Numbered from the stretch's first letter, positions 10,258 through 19,873 are shown. The stretch: DNA of 64,000 nucleotides from Opitutia bacterium (GCA_947478395.1 CANJVR010000002.1:448001-512000), one strand, 5' to 3'. Notes: generated from the sequence alone by a model not told the origin. Translations and numbers: made by a program.

Positions 10258-11165
10258 GCGGGGCTTACGTCCACAGTTTTTCCCGGATGGGCACCGTCGT
10301 AACGATTCGCATCGTCGGTCCGGCCGTCACCCAACGGCAAAAATCCGAACTGGAAAATAGCGCGGGCCGCGCAGCCGCTTGGTTTCAACGCGTGGAGGAC
10401 GCGTGCTCGCGTTTCGACGAAAGCAGTGAGCTACGGCAACTTTCTGCGCGCGTCGGCCCGCCCGTCCCCGTGAGCGCGCTCCTGTTTCAAGCGCTGCAGT
10501 TCGCGCTGAAAGTCGCGGAAGAAACCAACGGCGCCTTTGATCCCACGGTGGGTTGGCGCATGGAAACGCGCGGATTTAATCGGCACTATCAAAGTGGCGA
10601 ACCGGTGCGAACGGCGCCGCCAGCCGACACGAACGGAACTTATCGCGATGTGCGCCTCGATCCCACGAACCGCACGGTCACGCTCCTGCGTCCGCTGGGC
10701 CTCGATCTCGGCGCAGTGGCAAAGGGCCTGGCCGTGGACTTAGCGGCGCGTGAGCTCGAGTCGTTTGAAAATTTCACGATCGACGCGGGCGGCGACCTCT
10801 TTCTGGCCGGCTCCAACGCGGACGGCGAACCGTGGTCGGTCGGCATTCGCCATCCGCGGGATCCGCAAGCCTTCATCCACCGGTTGTATTTGTCCGACGC
10901 CGCCGTCTGCACATCGGGCGACTACGAGCGCGTGGGGGCCTCCGGCCATCATTTATTGGATCCGCGGACGGGACAATCCGCCGCGCTTGCGGCGAGCGCC
11001 ACCGTGGTTGCGCCGAATGCGATGATGGCCGACGCACTCGCGACGGCGGCGTTTGTGCTCGGGCCGGTCGAGGGCCTTCAATTACTAGAAAACTCGGAGG
11101 TCGATGGGCTCATCGTGACGCCCGCACTCGAATCCTTCATGACCCCAGGATTGCGCGATGAGTAA
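10254..11165 (+). CDS. apbE: FAD:protein FMN transferase
   Basis: MGT, SRF..SEL, GAFDPTVG, LDLGAVAKG, DAGGD, CTSGDYER, HHLLDPRTG, ADALATA; GTG start overlaps the upstream TGA. Confidence 0.92.
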   Translation: MSGAYVHSFSRMGTVVTIRIVGPAVTQRQKSELENSAGRAAAWFQRVEDACSRFDESSELRQLSARVGPPVPVSALLFQALQFALKVAEETNGAFDPTVGWRMETRGFNRHYQSGEPVRTAPPADTNGTYRDVRLDPTNRTVTLLRPLGLDLGAVAKGLAVDLAARELESFENFTIDAGGDLFLAGSNADGEPWSVGIRHPRDPQAFIHRLYLSDAAVCTSGDYERVGASGHHLLDPRTGQSAALAASATVVAPNAMMADALATAAFVLGPVEGLQLLENSEVDGLIVTPALESFMTPGLRDE

Positions 11166-12024
11166 CATCCCATTGGTTGAACCACCGTCGCGGTCCACGC
11201 GGCTGCGTCGATTTTTTCGGAGCCCGAAAGGATTGCTCATCTTGGTTCTGAGCGCTCTCACGGTCGGCGCCGCGGTGGCCAACGGCGTGGCCACCATCGC
11301 GCCAGGCGTGATCGGTGCGGTCGTGACCGCGATGCTGCTCGACGCGCCCCTTCTCCGGCGGCGCAAGCGCAAGTGGGTGATGCCCGACGGTGCACTGCTC
11401 ACCGGGCTCATCGTCGCGATGGTCCTCAGTGCGCAAGCGCCGTGGTACGTCGGCGCGTTCGCGTCGGCGCTCGGGGTTGCCGCGAAATATTTCCTGCGCT
11501 CCCGCACGGCGAACATCTTCAACCCCGCGGCACTCGCGCTGCTCGCCGCCTATGTCGTTTTTCACTCCGGCCAAAGCTGGTGGGGCGCCCTACCCGATCT
11601 GACGCCGGCCCTGCTCGAACCCGTGACGCTTGCTGTGCTGCTTGCAACGGGCCTGTTGGTCGCCGACCGGGTGAACCGCGGGCCGGCCGCGCTCTCGTTT
11701 TTGGGCGGGTATTATCTGCTTTTTACCGCCAACGCTTTTCTGGGCGATCCGGCCCACGTCGCCGCTATTTTCCGTTCATCAGATCTGCATGCGGCGCTGT
11801 TCTTCGCCTTCTTCATGGTCACTGATCCGCCCACGTCGCCGCCCGGGCCTCGGAACCAAATCATCTTCGGCGCAATCGTCGCCGGCGTCAGCTACGCGGT
11901 TTTCTTCTTTGTCGGAGCCGTTTACTATTTGCTCGTCGGACTGCTGGTGGCGAACGCGTGGGAAGCCTGGCGCCGAGTGCAAGCGAAGCCCGCGCATTCC
12001 GCCGCCAAGGACCACGCCCTTTAG
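11158..12024 (+). CDS. RnfD/NqrB-like integral membrane protein (short form)
   Basis: Polytopic; DGALLTGL, NIFNPAA, FFMVTDPPTSP are RnfD/NqrB signatures; no other rnf/nqr genes nearby. Confidence 0.8.
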   Translation: MSNIPLVEPPSRSTRLRRFFRSPKGLLILVLSALTVGAAVANGVATIAPGVIGAVVTAMLLDAPLLRRRKRKWVMPDGALLTGLIVAMVLSAQAPWYVGAFASALGVAAKYFLRSRTANIFNPAALALLAAYVVFHSGQSWWGALPDLTPALLEPVTLAVLLATGLLVADRVNRGPAALSFLGGYYLLFTANAFLGDPAHVAAIFRSSDLHAALFFAFFMVTDPPTSPPGPRNQIIFGAIVAGVSYAVFFFVGAVYYLLVGLLVANAWEAWRRVQAKPAHSAAKDHAL

Positions 12025-12206
12025 CGAAGCGACTTCGCCGTTCGCAGGAAATCCCCCGTCCGCACGATCTTCCGTATTGCCCCACAAGCGCTTGGGCCGT
12101 CCCTTGGTGGCGTCGGCGGCGGTCGCTATTCGAGCCCGCCCAGGTCGCTATCCGCTTTCCGTCTCGTTTCTTTCCGTCTGACCGCCCGCCGCCGCGCCGC
12201 CGCACC

Positions 12207-14579
12207 ATGAACAAAAAAGCCCTCACCGAGGCCGACATCCGCACCAAGTTCATCACTCCGGCACTGGTGGGCGGGACCGGCGAGAAGTGGGATCTCATGA
12301 CGCAGATTCGCGAGGAGGCTTACTTCACCAAGGGGCGCGTGATCGTACGCGGTAAAACCGTAAAACGGGGCGAATCTAAAAAGGCCGATTATCTCCTCTC
12401 CTATAAACCGAATCTCCCGCTCGCGGTCATCGAGGCGAAGGACAATAACCATTCCGTCGGCGCCGGAATGACCCAGGCACTCGAGTACGCCGAGATTCTC
12501 GACGTTCCTTTCGCCTACAGCTCCAACGGCGACGCCTTTCTTGAACACGACCGCACCGCGACCAGCGGCACCGTCACGCGGGAAATTCCACTCGATCAGT
12601 TCCCCTCGCCCGCAGAACTCTGGAACCGCTACCGCGCAGCCAAGCATTACACCGCCGCCCAAGCCAGCATCGCCACGCAAGATTACTACGACAACGGTTC
12701 GCGGAAATCCCCGCGCTATTATCAGCTGATCGCGATCAACCGCACGGTCGACGCCATCGCTCGCGGCGAAAATCGCATCCTGCTTGTTATGGCCACGGGC
12801 ACCGGGAAAACCTACACCGCCTTTCAGATCATCTGGCGTCTCTGGAAGTCCGGCGCGAAGAAACGCATCCTTTTCCTGGTCGATCGCAACATCCTCGCCG
12901 ACCAGACGAAGACCAACGACTTCAAGCCGTTTGGTCAGGCGATGACCAAGATCGTGAATCGTACCGTCGACAAAGCCTTCGAGATTTACCTCTGCCTCTA
13001 CCAAGCCGTCACCGGGACCGAGGAAGAACAAAACGTCTACACGCAGTTCTCACCGGATTTCTTCGATCTAATCGTCATCGATGAGTGTCATCGCGGGAGC
13101 GCCGCCGACGACGCCGCGTGGCGCAAGGTCCTCGACTACTTCTCATCGGCCACGCAGATCGGCCTCACCGCCACACCCAAGGAAACGAAAGACGTTTCCA
13201 ACATCGAATACTTCGGCGAGCCGATCTACACCTACTCGCTTCGACAGGGAATCTCCGACGGTTTCCTCGCTCCCTACAAAGTGATTCGCATCGGTCTCGA
13301 CAAAGATCTCGACGGCTGGCGGCCAGAAAACGGGCAGACAGACAAATACGGCCAGCTCATCGTCGACCGCGAATACAACGACCGCGACTTCGACCGAAAT
13401 CTCATCCTCGAAAAACGCACCGCTCTGGTCGCCGCCAAGGTCACGGAATTTCTCCGCGCCACCAACCGCTTCGCGAAAACCATCATCTTCTGCGAGAACA
13501 TCGATCACGCCGAACGCATGCGTCAGGCCATGGTCAACGCCAACCCCGACCTCGCCGCCGCCAACCCCAAATACGTCATGCGCATCACCGGCGACAACGA
13601 CGAAGGCAAGGCCCAGCTCGACAACTTCATTGACCCCGAATCCACCTACCCCGTCATCTGCACGACGTCTCGCCTGATGAGCACGGGCGTCGATGCCCAG
13701 ACCTGCCACCTCATTGTGCTCGATCGCCGGATCGAGTCGCCGACCGAGTTCAAGCAGATCATCGGCCGGGGCACGCGCATCAACGAGGACTACAATAAAC
13801 TTTTCTTCACCATCATTGATTTCAAACGGGCCACCGCCCAATTCGCGGACCCGGATTTCGATGGCGATCCTGTTCAGATTTATGAGCCGATGGGCGACGA
13901 GTCCGTGGTCCCACCAGAGTCCGTCCTCTCCGATATTACTGGCAATCTCGTCCCTGAGGACGCCGCGCCGTATGGCGACGTCGATGATCCCGCCATTGGC
14001 CCCGCGGGTTCGACGACGAAATATTTCGTCAACAACGTCGAAGTCCGCGTCGCCACCGAGCGCGTCCAATACCTCGACGAGCACGGCAAGCTGATCACCG
14101 AGTCGCTCAAGGATTACTCACGCAAGACCGTTCGCCAGGCCTACGCCTCCCTCGATGCGTTTCTCACCGTTTGGAACGATTCCGAGAAGAAACAGGCCGT
14201 CCTCGAAGAACTCGCCGCCCGAGGCGTTTTTCTCGACGAACTCTCCGAACAGGTCGGCCGCGACTACGACGCTTTCGACCTCGTCTGCCACATCGCCTTC
14301 GACGCCCCGCCGCTTACGCGCAAGGACCGGGCCGAGAAAGTGAAGAAGCGAAATGTGTTCGCCAAGTACGGCGAGAAAGCCCGCGCCGTGCTCGATGCGC
14401 TGCTCCAAAAATATGCCGACAGCGGACTCAAAAGCGTGGAGTCGCTCGAGATTCTAAAAGTAGACCCACTCACCGCCTTCGGAACGCCCGTTGAGATCGT
14501 CAGCCTCTTCGGCGGCAAGGCCGCTTACCTTGGGGCTATTCGAGAACTCGAAAGCGCTCTCTATCGTCCCGCTGCCTGA
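12207..14579 (+). CDS. hsdR: Type I restriction endonuclease subunit R (EcoAI/EcoEI-like)
   Basis: TEADIRTKFI, ADYLL…VIEAK nuclease motif, MATGTGKT, DECHRG, GLTATP, QIIGRGTR, EcoEI_R_C-like C-terminus. Confidence 0.95.
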   Translation: MNKKALTEADIRTKFITPALVGGTGEKWDLMTQIREEAYFTKGRVIVRGKTVKRGESKKADYLLSYKPNLPLAVIEAKDNNHSVGAGMTQALEYAEILDVPFAYSSNGDAFLEHDRTATSGTVTREIPLDQFPSPAELWNRYRAAKHYTAAQASIATQDYYDNGSRKSPRYYQLIAINRTVDAIARGENRILLVMATGTGKTYTAFQIIWRLWKSGAKKRILFLVDRNILADQTKTNDFKPFGQAMTKIVNRTVDKAFEIYLCLYQAVTGTEEEQNVYTQFSPDFFDLIVIDECHRGSAADDAAWRKVLDYFSSATQIGLTATPKETKDVSNIEYFGEPIYTYSLRQGISDGFLAPYKVIRIGLDKDLDGWRPENGQTDKYGQLIVDREYNDRDFDRNLILEKRTALVAAKVTEFLRATNRFAKTIIFCENIDHAERMRQAMVNANPDLAAANPKYVMRITGDNDEGKAQLDNFIDPESTYPVICTTSRLMSTGVDAQTCHLIVLDRRIESPTEFKQIIGRGTRINEDYNKLFFTIIDFKRATAQFADPDFDGDPVQIYEPMGDESVVPPESVLSDITGNLVPEDAAPYGDVDDPAIGPAGSTTKYFVNNVEVRVATERVQYLDEHGKLITESLKDYSRKTVRQAYASLDAFLTVWNDSEKKQAVLEELAARGVFLDELSEQVGRDYDAFDLVCHIAFDAPPLTRKDRAEKVKKRNVFAKYGEKARAVLDALLQKYADSGLKSVESLEILKVDPLTAFGTPVEIVSLFGGKAAYLGAIRELESALYRPAA

Positions 14580-14581
14580 TC

Positions 14582-15337
14582 ATGGCTTCGCTTCCTTCGA
14601 CTGTGTTTGGTGAGTATCTGGTCTTTGTCGACGAGAGCGGCGATCACAACCTCTCTCAGATCGATCCCCAATTTCCCGTCTTTGTCTTGCTCTTCGCCAT
14701 CATGCGAAAAGACGACTACGTGAATCGCATTTGCCCCGATCTTCAGCGTTTCAAATTTGAATTCTGGGGGCACGATGAGGTCGTGCTGCACGAGCATGAA
14801 ATCCGAAAGCCCTTCGGAGATTTTCTCTTCCTCCTGCAAAAACCGTTGCGCGAACGATTCTTCGTCGGTCTCACAGCCCAAATGGCCGCGCTGTCCGCCA
14901 CCGTCGTTGCGGTCATTGTCGACAAGATTGCTTTCGCTGCGCGCTACACCCAGCCCGTCAACCCGTACGACTATGCATTGGAGACGGGGCTAGAACGAGT
15001 TTTCCGCCATCTGGAACTGATGGGCGAGGCGGCCAAAACAACCACCATCTTAGTGGAGAAACGCGGGCGGAAAGAAGACGCCGAACTGGAACTCGCCTTT
15101 CGTCGCGTTTGCGACGGTAAAAATGCCCTGAATAAATCCCTGCCATTGCATCTCGTGATGGTGCCGAAGTCCTCCAATTCCGCCGGTCTGCAACTCACTG
15201 ATCTCATGGCGCGACCGGTCGCACTCCATCACCTGCGTCCAACCCAGCCCAATCGCGCGTTCGATCTCATTGCACCTAAGCTACGTCGCAGTCCCGCCGG
15301 AAAAATCGAGGGCTGGGGTCTCAAGCGCCTCCCCTGA
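14582..15337 (+). CDS. DUF3800 family protein (predicted RNase H-like fold)
   Basis: N-terminal VFVDESG, HEHEI, VEKRG and C-terminal GLQLTDLMARP (DE…QxxD pattern of DUF3800). Confidence 0.85.
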   Translation: MASLPSTVFGEYLVFVDESGDHNLSQIDPQFPVFVLLFAIMRKDDYVNRICPDLQRFKFEFWGHDEVVLHEHEIRKPFGDFLFLLQKPLRERFFVGLTAQMAALSATVVAVIVDKIAFAARYTQPVNPYDYALETGLERVFRHLELMGEAAKTTTILVEKRGRKEDAELELAFRRVCDGKNALNKSLPLHLVMVPKSSNSAGLQLTDLMARPVALHHLRPTQPNRAFDLIAPKLRRSPAGKIEGWGLKRLP

Positions 15338-15403
15338 AAATGCGAAGGGCCCCCGGGAAATCCCAGAAGCCCAGCGCCGACCGGAAATTTCCAGTCCAAC
15401 TTG
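15338..15403 (+). ncRNA. Putative DUF3800-associated structured RNA
   Basis: Immediately after the DUF3800 stop: GCG(15342-44)/CGC(15375-77) closes GGGC(15347-50)/GCCC(15369-72) and GGG-AAAT-CCC; second hairpin GAC-C-GGA…TCC-A-GTC (15379-15396). No U-tract, mid-operon. Confidence 0.55.
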
Positions 15404-15450
15404 CCTCTACGGTTTTCAATTTCTTCCTCTTCGCAATCTGAATCTCGCCC

Positions 15451-16908
15451 ATGCCCAACGTCTCCAATCTCATCAAAACCATCCAGGACATCATGCGCAA
15501 AGACGCGGGTGTTGATGGCGACGCCCAGCGCCTGGCCCAGCTCGGCTGGATGTTTTTCCTGAAAATCTTCGACGACCGCGAGACCCAGCTCGAACTCTTC
15601 GACGACGCCTACAAGTCCCCGCTCGCCAAAAATCTCCGTTGGCGCACCTGGGCCACCGATGCCGAGGGCATCACCGGCGACGCCCTCCTCGATTTCGCCA
15701 ACAACACCCTCCTCCCCAAGCTCAAGACACTCCCCGGTGGCGGTGACAAAATCACCACGTTGATCCGCGCTGCCTTCGACGGCGCCAACAACTACATGAA
15801 GAACGGCACGTTGATGCGCCAGGTCATCAACAAGATTAACGGCATCGACTTCAACGCCTCCGACGATCGCCACATGTTTGGCGACATCTACGAAAAGCTC
15901 CTCAAGGACCTCCAATCCGCGGGCAACGCCGGCGAATTCTACACCCCGCGCGCCGTCACCCAGTTCATCGTCGAGCAGGTCAATCCCCGCCTCGGCGAGA
16001 CCATCCTCGATCCCGCCTGCGGCACTGGCGGCTTTCTCGTCTGCGCCATCGAGCACCTCCGCAAGCAGGCCAAGACCGAGGCCGACGAGCGCGCTCTCCA
16101 AGACTGCTTCGCCGGCATCGAGAAGAAACATCTCCCGCACGTCCTGTGCATGACCAATCTCCTTCTGCATGGCATCGACGTCCCCTCCAACGTTCGCCAC
16201 GACAACACCCTCGCCCGTCCGCTGCGTGACTGGAGCCCCAAGGAGCGCGTGGACGTCATCGTCACCAATCCGCCCTTCGGTGGTATGGAAGAGGACGGCA
16301 TTGAGTCCAACTACCCAGCCGAGTTTCGCACCCGGGAAACGGCCGACCTCTTCCTCGTGCTCCTCATGAAGATCCTCAAGCCCGGCGGTCGCGCCGGACT
16401 CGTGCTGCCCGACGGCACCCTCTTCGGCGAAGGCGTCAAGACCCGCATCAAGGAAGCCCTCCTCACCGAGTGTAATCTCCACACCATCGTCCGCCTGCCC
16501 AACGGTGTCTTCAATCCCTACACCGGCATCCGCACCAACCTCCTTTTCTTCACCAAGGGCGCGCCCACCACGGAAGTCTGGTATTACGAGCATCCCTATC
16601 CGCCCGGATCCAAGAGCTACAACAAAGGCAAACCCATCCGCATCGAAGAATTCGAGGGCGAGCGCCTGTGGTGGGGCGACGAGGCCGACGACTTTAAATC
16701 CCGCGTGGAAAACGAGCAGGCGTGGCGCGTCTCCATCGACACCATCAAAGCCGGCAACTTCAACCTCGACCTCAAGAACCCGCACAACCCCGACACCGGC
16801 CCCGGCGACGTGGACCACCTCCTGCCCGAATACGAAAAGCTCCTCACCCAGATCGCCGCCACGCGTGGGCAGTTGAAGGCGCAATTGATGGAGGCGCTGA
16901 ACCGATGA
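15451..16908 (+). CDS. hsdM: Type I R-M N6-adenine methyltransferase subunit M
   Basis: IQDIMRKDAGVDGDAQR, GEFYTPR, DPACGTGGFL (motif I), NPPF (motif IV). Confidence 0.96.
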   Translation: MPNVSNLIKTIQDIMRKDAGVDGDAQRLAQLGWMFFLKIFDDRETQLELFDDAYKSPLAKNLRWRTWATDAEGITGDALLDFANNTLLPKLKTLPGGGDKITTLIRAAFDGANNYMKNGTLMRQVINKINGIDFNASDDRHMFGDIYEKLLKDLQSAGNAGEFYTPRAVTQFIVEQVNPRLGETILDPACGTGGFLVCAIEHLRKQAKTEADERALQDCFAGIEKKHLPHVLCMTNLLLHGIDVPSNVRHDNTLARPLRDWSPKERVDVIVTNPPFGGMEEDGIESNYPAEFRTRETADLFLVLLMKILKPGGRAGLVLPDGTLFGEGVKTRIKEALLTECNLHTIVRLPNGVFNPYTGIRTNLLFFTKGAPTTEVWYYEHPYPPGSKSYNKGKPIRIEEFEGERLWWGDEADDFKSRVENEQAWRVSIDTIKAGNFNLDLKNPHNPDTGPGDVDHLLPEYEKLLTQIAATRGQLKAQLMEALNR

Positions 16909-18080
16909 AAAAGAAAATCACGCTCCCAAAGAAAACCGCGCCCGCCAAACGCTCCGGTGTCACGAAGGCGAAGCCCGATGGCCTAACCCCGCTCGTCACC
17001 GAGGTGAGGCACCTCATCCAAGCCGCCCGCGGTGGTGTCGTCTCCGTCGTCAATACCTTTCAAGTGATGACCAATTTCGAGATCGGTCGCCGCATCGTCG
17101 AGCATGAGCAGAAGGGCGAGAAGCGCGCGGCTTATGGGGCAGAAGTGGTGAAAGAACTTTCGACCCGGCTGACCGAGGAATTCGGACGGGGATTCTCAAA
17201 GGCTAATCTCGAATACATGAGGCGATTCTACCTCGAGTGGCAGAGTCGTGTGCCCGCGATTGCCCAGACGTCATCTGGGCAATTGCTGCCAAACGAGATT
17301 GGCCAGAAGCCTTCTGATAAATTGGAAATCGCCCAGACAGCGTCTGGGCGATTCGGCACGACCCCATTCACTTTGAGTTGGTCTCACTACGTTGAGCTCA
17401 TGGGAATCAAGGATCCCAACGAGCGTAGCTTCTACGAAATTGAATCACGACAGTCGGACTGGAACGTCCGCGAGCTGAAACGCCAGAAAGCCTCCGCGCT
17501 CTACCACCGCCTCGCCCTCAGCCGGGACAAAGCCGGCGTCAAACGCCTCGCCCGCGAGGGGCAAATCATCACGAAGCCCGAAGACGTCTTGAAGAATCCG
17601 CTCGTCCTCGAATTCCTCGGCCTCGACGAGCAGGCCGGTTACTCCGAATCCGATCTCGAATCTGCCATTATCACGCACCTCGAAAAATTCCTCCTGGAGC
17701 TGGGCAAGGGCTTCCTCTTCGAGGCCCGGCAGAAGCGTTTCACCTTCGACGGCGACCACTATTTCCTCGATCTCGTCTTCTACAATAGGCTCCTGCGCTG
17801 CTATCTGGTCATCGACCTGAAGCTCGACAAGCTCACCCACCAGGACCTCGGGCAGATGCAGATGTATGTGAATTACTACGACCGCCACGAGAAGCTGCCG
17901 GAGGAAAACGCCACCATCGGCCTGCTGCTCTGCCGTGAGAAAAACGATGCCGTGGTGGAGCTCACACTCCCTAAGGGTGCCAACATCCACGCCAAGGAAT
18001 ACCAGCTCTACCTGCCCTCGAAGGAACTGCTCAAAGCCAAGCTCCTCGAATGGGTGCGCGTGGAGGAAGCCAGGGCGTGA
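16905..18080 (+). CDS. yhcG: YhcG/DUF1016 family PD-(D/E)XK nuclease domain protein
   Basis: LSWSHY, FLLELGKGF, DLVFYNRLLRCYLVIDLK, GQMQMYVNY, IGLLLC; ATGA overlap with hsdM. Confidence 0.9.
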   Translation: MKKKITLPKKTAPAKRSGVTKAKPDGLTPLVTEVRHLIQAARGGVVSVVNTFQVMTNFEIGRRIVEHEQKGEKRAAYGAEVVKELSTRLTEEFGRGFSKANLEYMRRFYLEWQSRVPAIAQTSSGQLLPNEIGQKPSDKLEIAQTASGRFGTTPFTLSWSHYVELMGIKDPNERSFYEIESRQSDWNVRELKRQKASALYHRLALSRDKAGVKRLAREGQIITKPEDVLKNPLVLEFLGLDEQAGYSESDLESAIITHLEKFLLELGKGFLFEARQKRFTFDGDHYFLDLVFYNRLLRCYLVIDLKLDKLTHQDLGQMQMYVNYYDRHEKLPEENATIGLLLCREKNDAVVELTLPKGANIHAKEYQLYLPSKELLKAKLLEWVRVEEARA

Positions 18081-19747
18081 AACTGGAAACCTTCTTTGAA
18101 AAGTTCGACCAGTTCGCCGACGCGCCCGACGCGGTGGCGAAGATGCGGGAGCTTATCCTGGAATCAGCAATCCGCGGAATGCTCGTTCCGCACAATGCCA
18201 GCGATGAGCCTGCATCCGAACTGCTCAAGCGGATGGCGCGCGTTCAAGCTGGACAGGTTCTGAAACAAGCGGCGCTGCCTCCTGTTGGTGATGACGCCTA
18301 TCTCCAAGTGCCACCGGGGTGGGCGTGGACGAGGCTCGGTAATACTGGGCGGATTTTCAACGGCGACAGCGTTAGTGAGAGCGGCAAAGCCGAGCTCGCG
18401 AAGGTCGAAGACGGGCTGCCATTCATAGCGACCAAAGATGTCGGCTATGGCCGAGCTGCTTTGGTTTACGACAATGGGCTGAAAGTCCCGCTTCGTGATC
18501 CCCGATTCAAAGTGGCGCGTGCCAACGCCGTCTTGATTTGCGCTGAAGGCGGGAGCGCTGGAAGGAAGATTGGAATCACCGATCGCGATATTTGCTTCGG
18601 CAATAAGCTCTACGCAAACGAGGTCTCGGCGGGGATTCACCACCGCTATATCTTCTACGTCTATCAGGCTCCGACGTTCTTCAGGGAGTTTGCCGCCAGA
18701 ATGACCGGGATCATCGGAGGAATTGCGCGCAGTGAGTTCCGTTCGCTGCCCATTCCGCTACCACCCGAAAAAGAGCAGAAGCGGATCGTGGCGAAGGTGG
18801 ATGAGTTGATGGCGTTGTGTGATCGGCTGGCCTTGCAGCAGCAGGAACGGGAGACGCGGCACGCCGCGCTCGCCCGCGCGTCGCTGGCCCGCTTTGCCGA
18901 CGCGCCCACACCGGCCAACCTATCGTTCCTCTTCCACCCGTCTTACACGATCGCCCCTGCCGACCTCCGCAAATCCATCCTCACCCTCGCCGTCCAAGGC
19001 AAACTCGTCCCCCAAGACCCCAACGACGAACCGGCTGAATCGATACTTCGGGCCACACAATCTTTGTTTCAGCGCTTGGTGGCGGCTAAAAAACTCACGT
19101 CGCCTAAACCACTGCCGCCGATCGAGGATGACGATGTGCCGTTCTCGCTGCCGAGCGGCTGGGCATGGTGCCGACTTGGCCAAATCATACGCATATCTTC
19201 CGGCGATGGTTTAATCGCCAAGGATATGAATGACGGGCCTTATCCGGTTTACGGCGGCAACGGCGTGAACGGCTACCACGACGAGCACAATGTGACGAAG
19301 CGAACGCTGGTCATTGGGCGAGTGGGCTTCTATTGCGGCAGCATTCACCTGACGCCAGAAAAGGCATGGGTTACTGACAACGCGTTTATCACTACATTCG
19401 ATGAGGCCCACCTTGATATGGATTTTCTGAGTTGGCTTCTCAAGGCAACTGATCTCCGCGAACGCGACAACGCCACTGCACAACCGGTTATTTCTGGTGG
19501 CAAAGTTTACCCGACAATTCTCGCACTCCCACCCCTCGCCGAACAACGCCGGATCGTGGCCAAAGTGGGGCAACTGATGGCTTTGGTGGACGCATTGGAG
19601 CAACAGCTCGCCGCCTCCCGCGCCACCGCCGCTAACCTCCTCTCCGCCCTCGTCGCCGAACTCACCGGCACCACGGCAGGTTCCAAAGTTTCCGCTGCCC
19701 CCGCGCCTGGTACCGGTCGTCGCGGACGCCCGATGAAATCACTATGA
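18077..19747 (+). CDS. hsdS: Type I R-M specificity subunit S
   Basis: Two TRDs, each preceded by P.GWAW.RLG and followed by PLPP..EQ.RIVAKV..LMAL; LRKSILTLAVQGKLVPQDP central region; GTGA overlap with yhcG. Confidence 0.93.
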   Translation: MKLETFFEKFDQFADAPDAVAKMRELILESAIRGMLVPHNASDEPASELLKRMARVQAGQVLKQAALPPVGDDAYLQVPPGWAWTRLGNTGRIFNGDSVSESGKAELAKVEDGLPFIATKDVGYGRAALVYDNGLKVPLRDPRFKVARANAVLICAEGGSAGRKIGITDRDICFGNKLYANEVSAGIHHRYIFYVYQAPTFFREFAARMTGIIGGIARSEFRSLPIPLPPEKEQKRIVAKVDELMALCDRLALQQQERETRHAALARASLARFADAPTPANLSFLFHPSYTIAPADLRKSILTLAVQGKLVPQDPNDEPAESILRATQSLFQRLVAAKKLTSPKPLPPIEDDDVPFSLPSGWAWCRLGQIIRISSGDGLIAKDMNDGPYPVYGGNGVNGYHDEHNVTKRTLVIGRVGFYCGSIHLTPEKAWVTDNAFITTFDEAHLDMDFLSWLLKATDLRERDNATAQPVISGGKVYPTILALPPLAEQRRIVAKVGQLMALVDALEQQLAASRATAANLLSALVAELTGTTAGSKVSAAPAPGTGRRGRPMKSL

Positions 19748-19873
19748 GCGCAACAGTTTCCACCTCCTTTTAACGGCTCGAAAGGGACGTCGAGCGGAAA
19801 GCTTCATCGGATGAATGTCATCAGCCACACTCCGGTTTGAGTTCGAGCAGGACTGGCTCCAACTGTAGTCGAC

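Noticed and set aside
11958..12206. Extended N-termini given by the ORF track (hsdR, apbE, usp, CE15, TPR-peptidase and others)
   Set aside because: The extensions overlap neighbouring genes or look non-coding; downstream starts match family N-termini or signal peptides.
15338..15403. Structure after DUF3800 as a simple intrinsic terminator
   Set aside because: Bulged two-domain fold with no adjacent U-tract, located mid-operon upstream of hsdM; kept as an ncRNA candidate instead.
17259..17354. Three imperfect ~27-bp repeats in yhcG (IAQTSSGQL / IGQKPSDKL / IAQTASGRF)
   Set aside because: In-frame linker repeats typical of YhcG proteins; not a CRISPR or ncRNA array.
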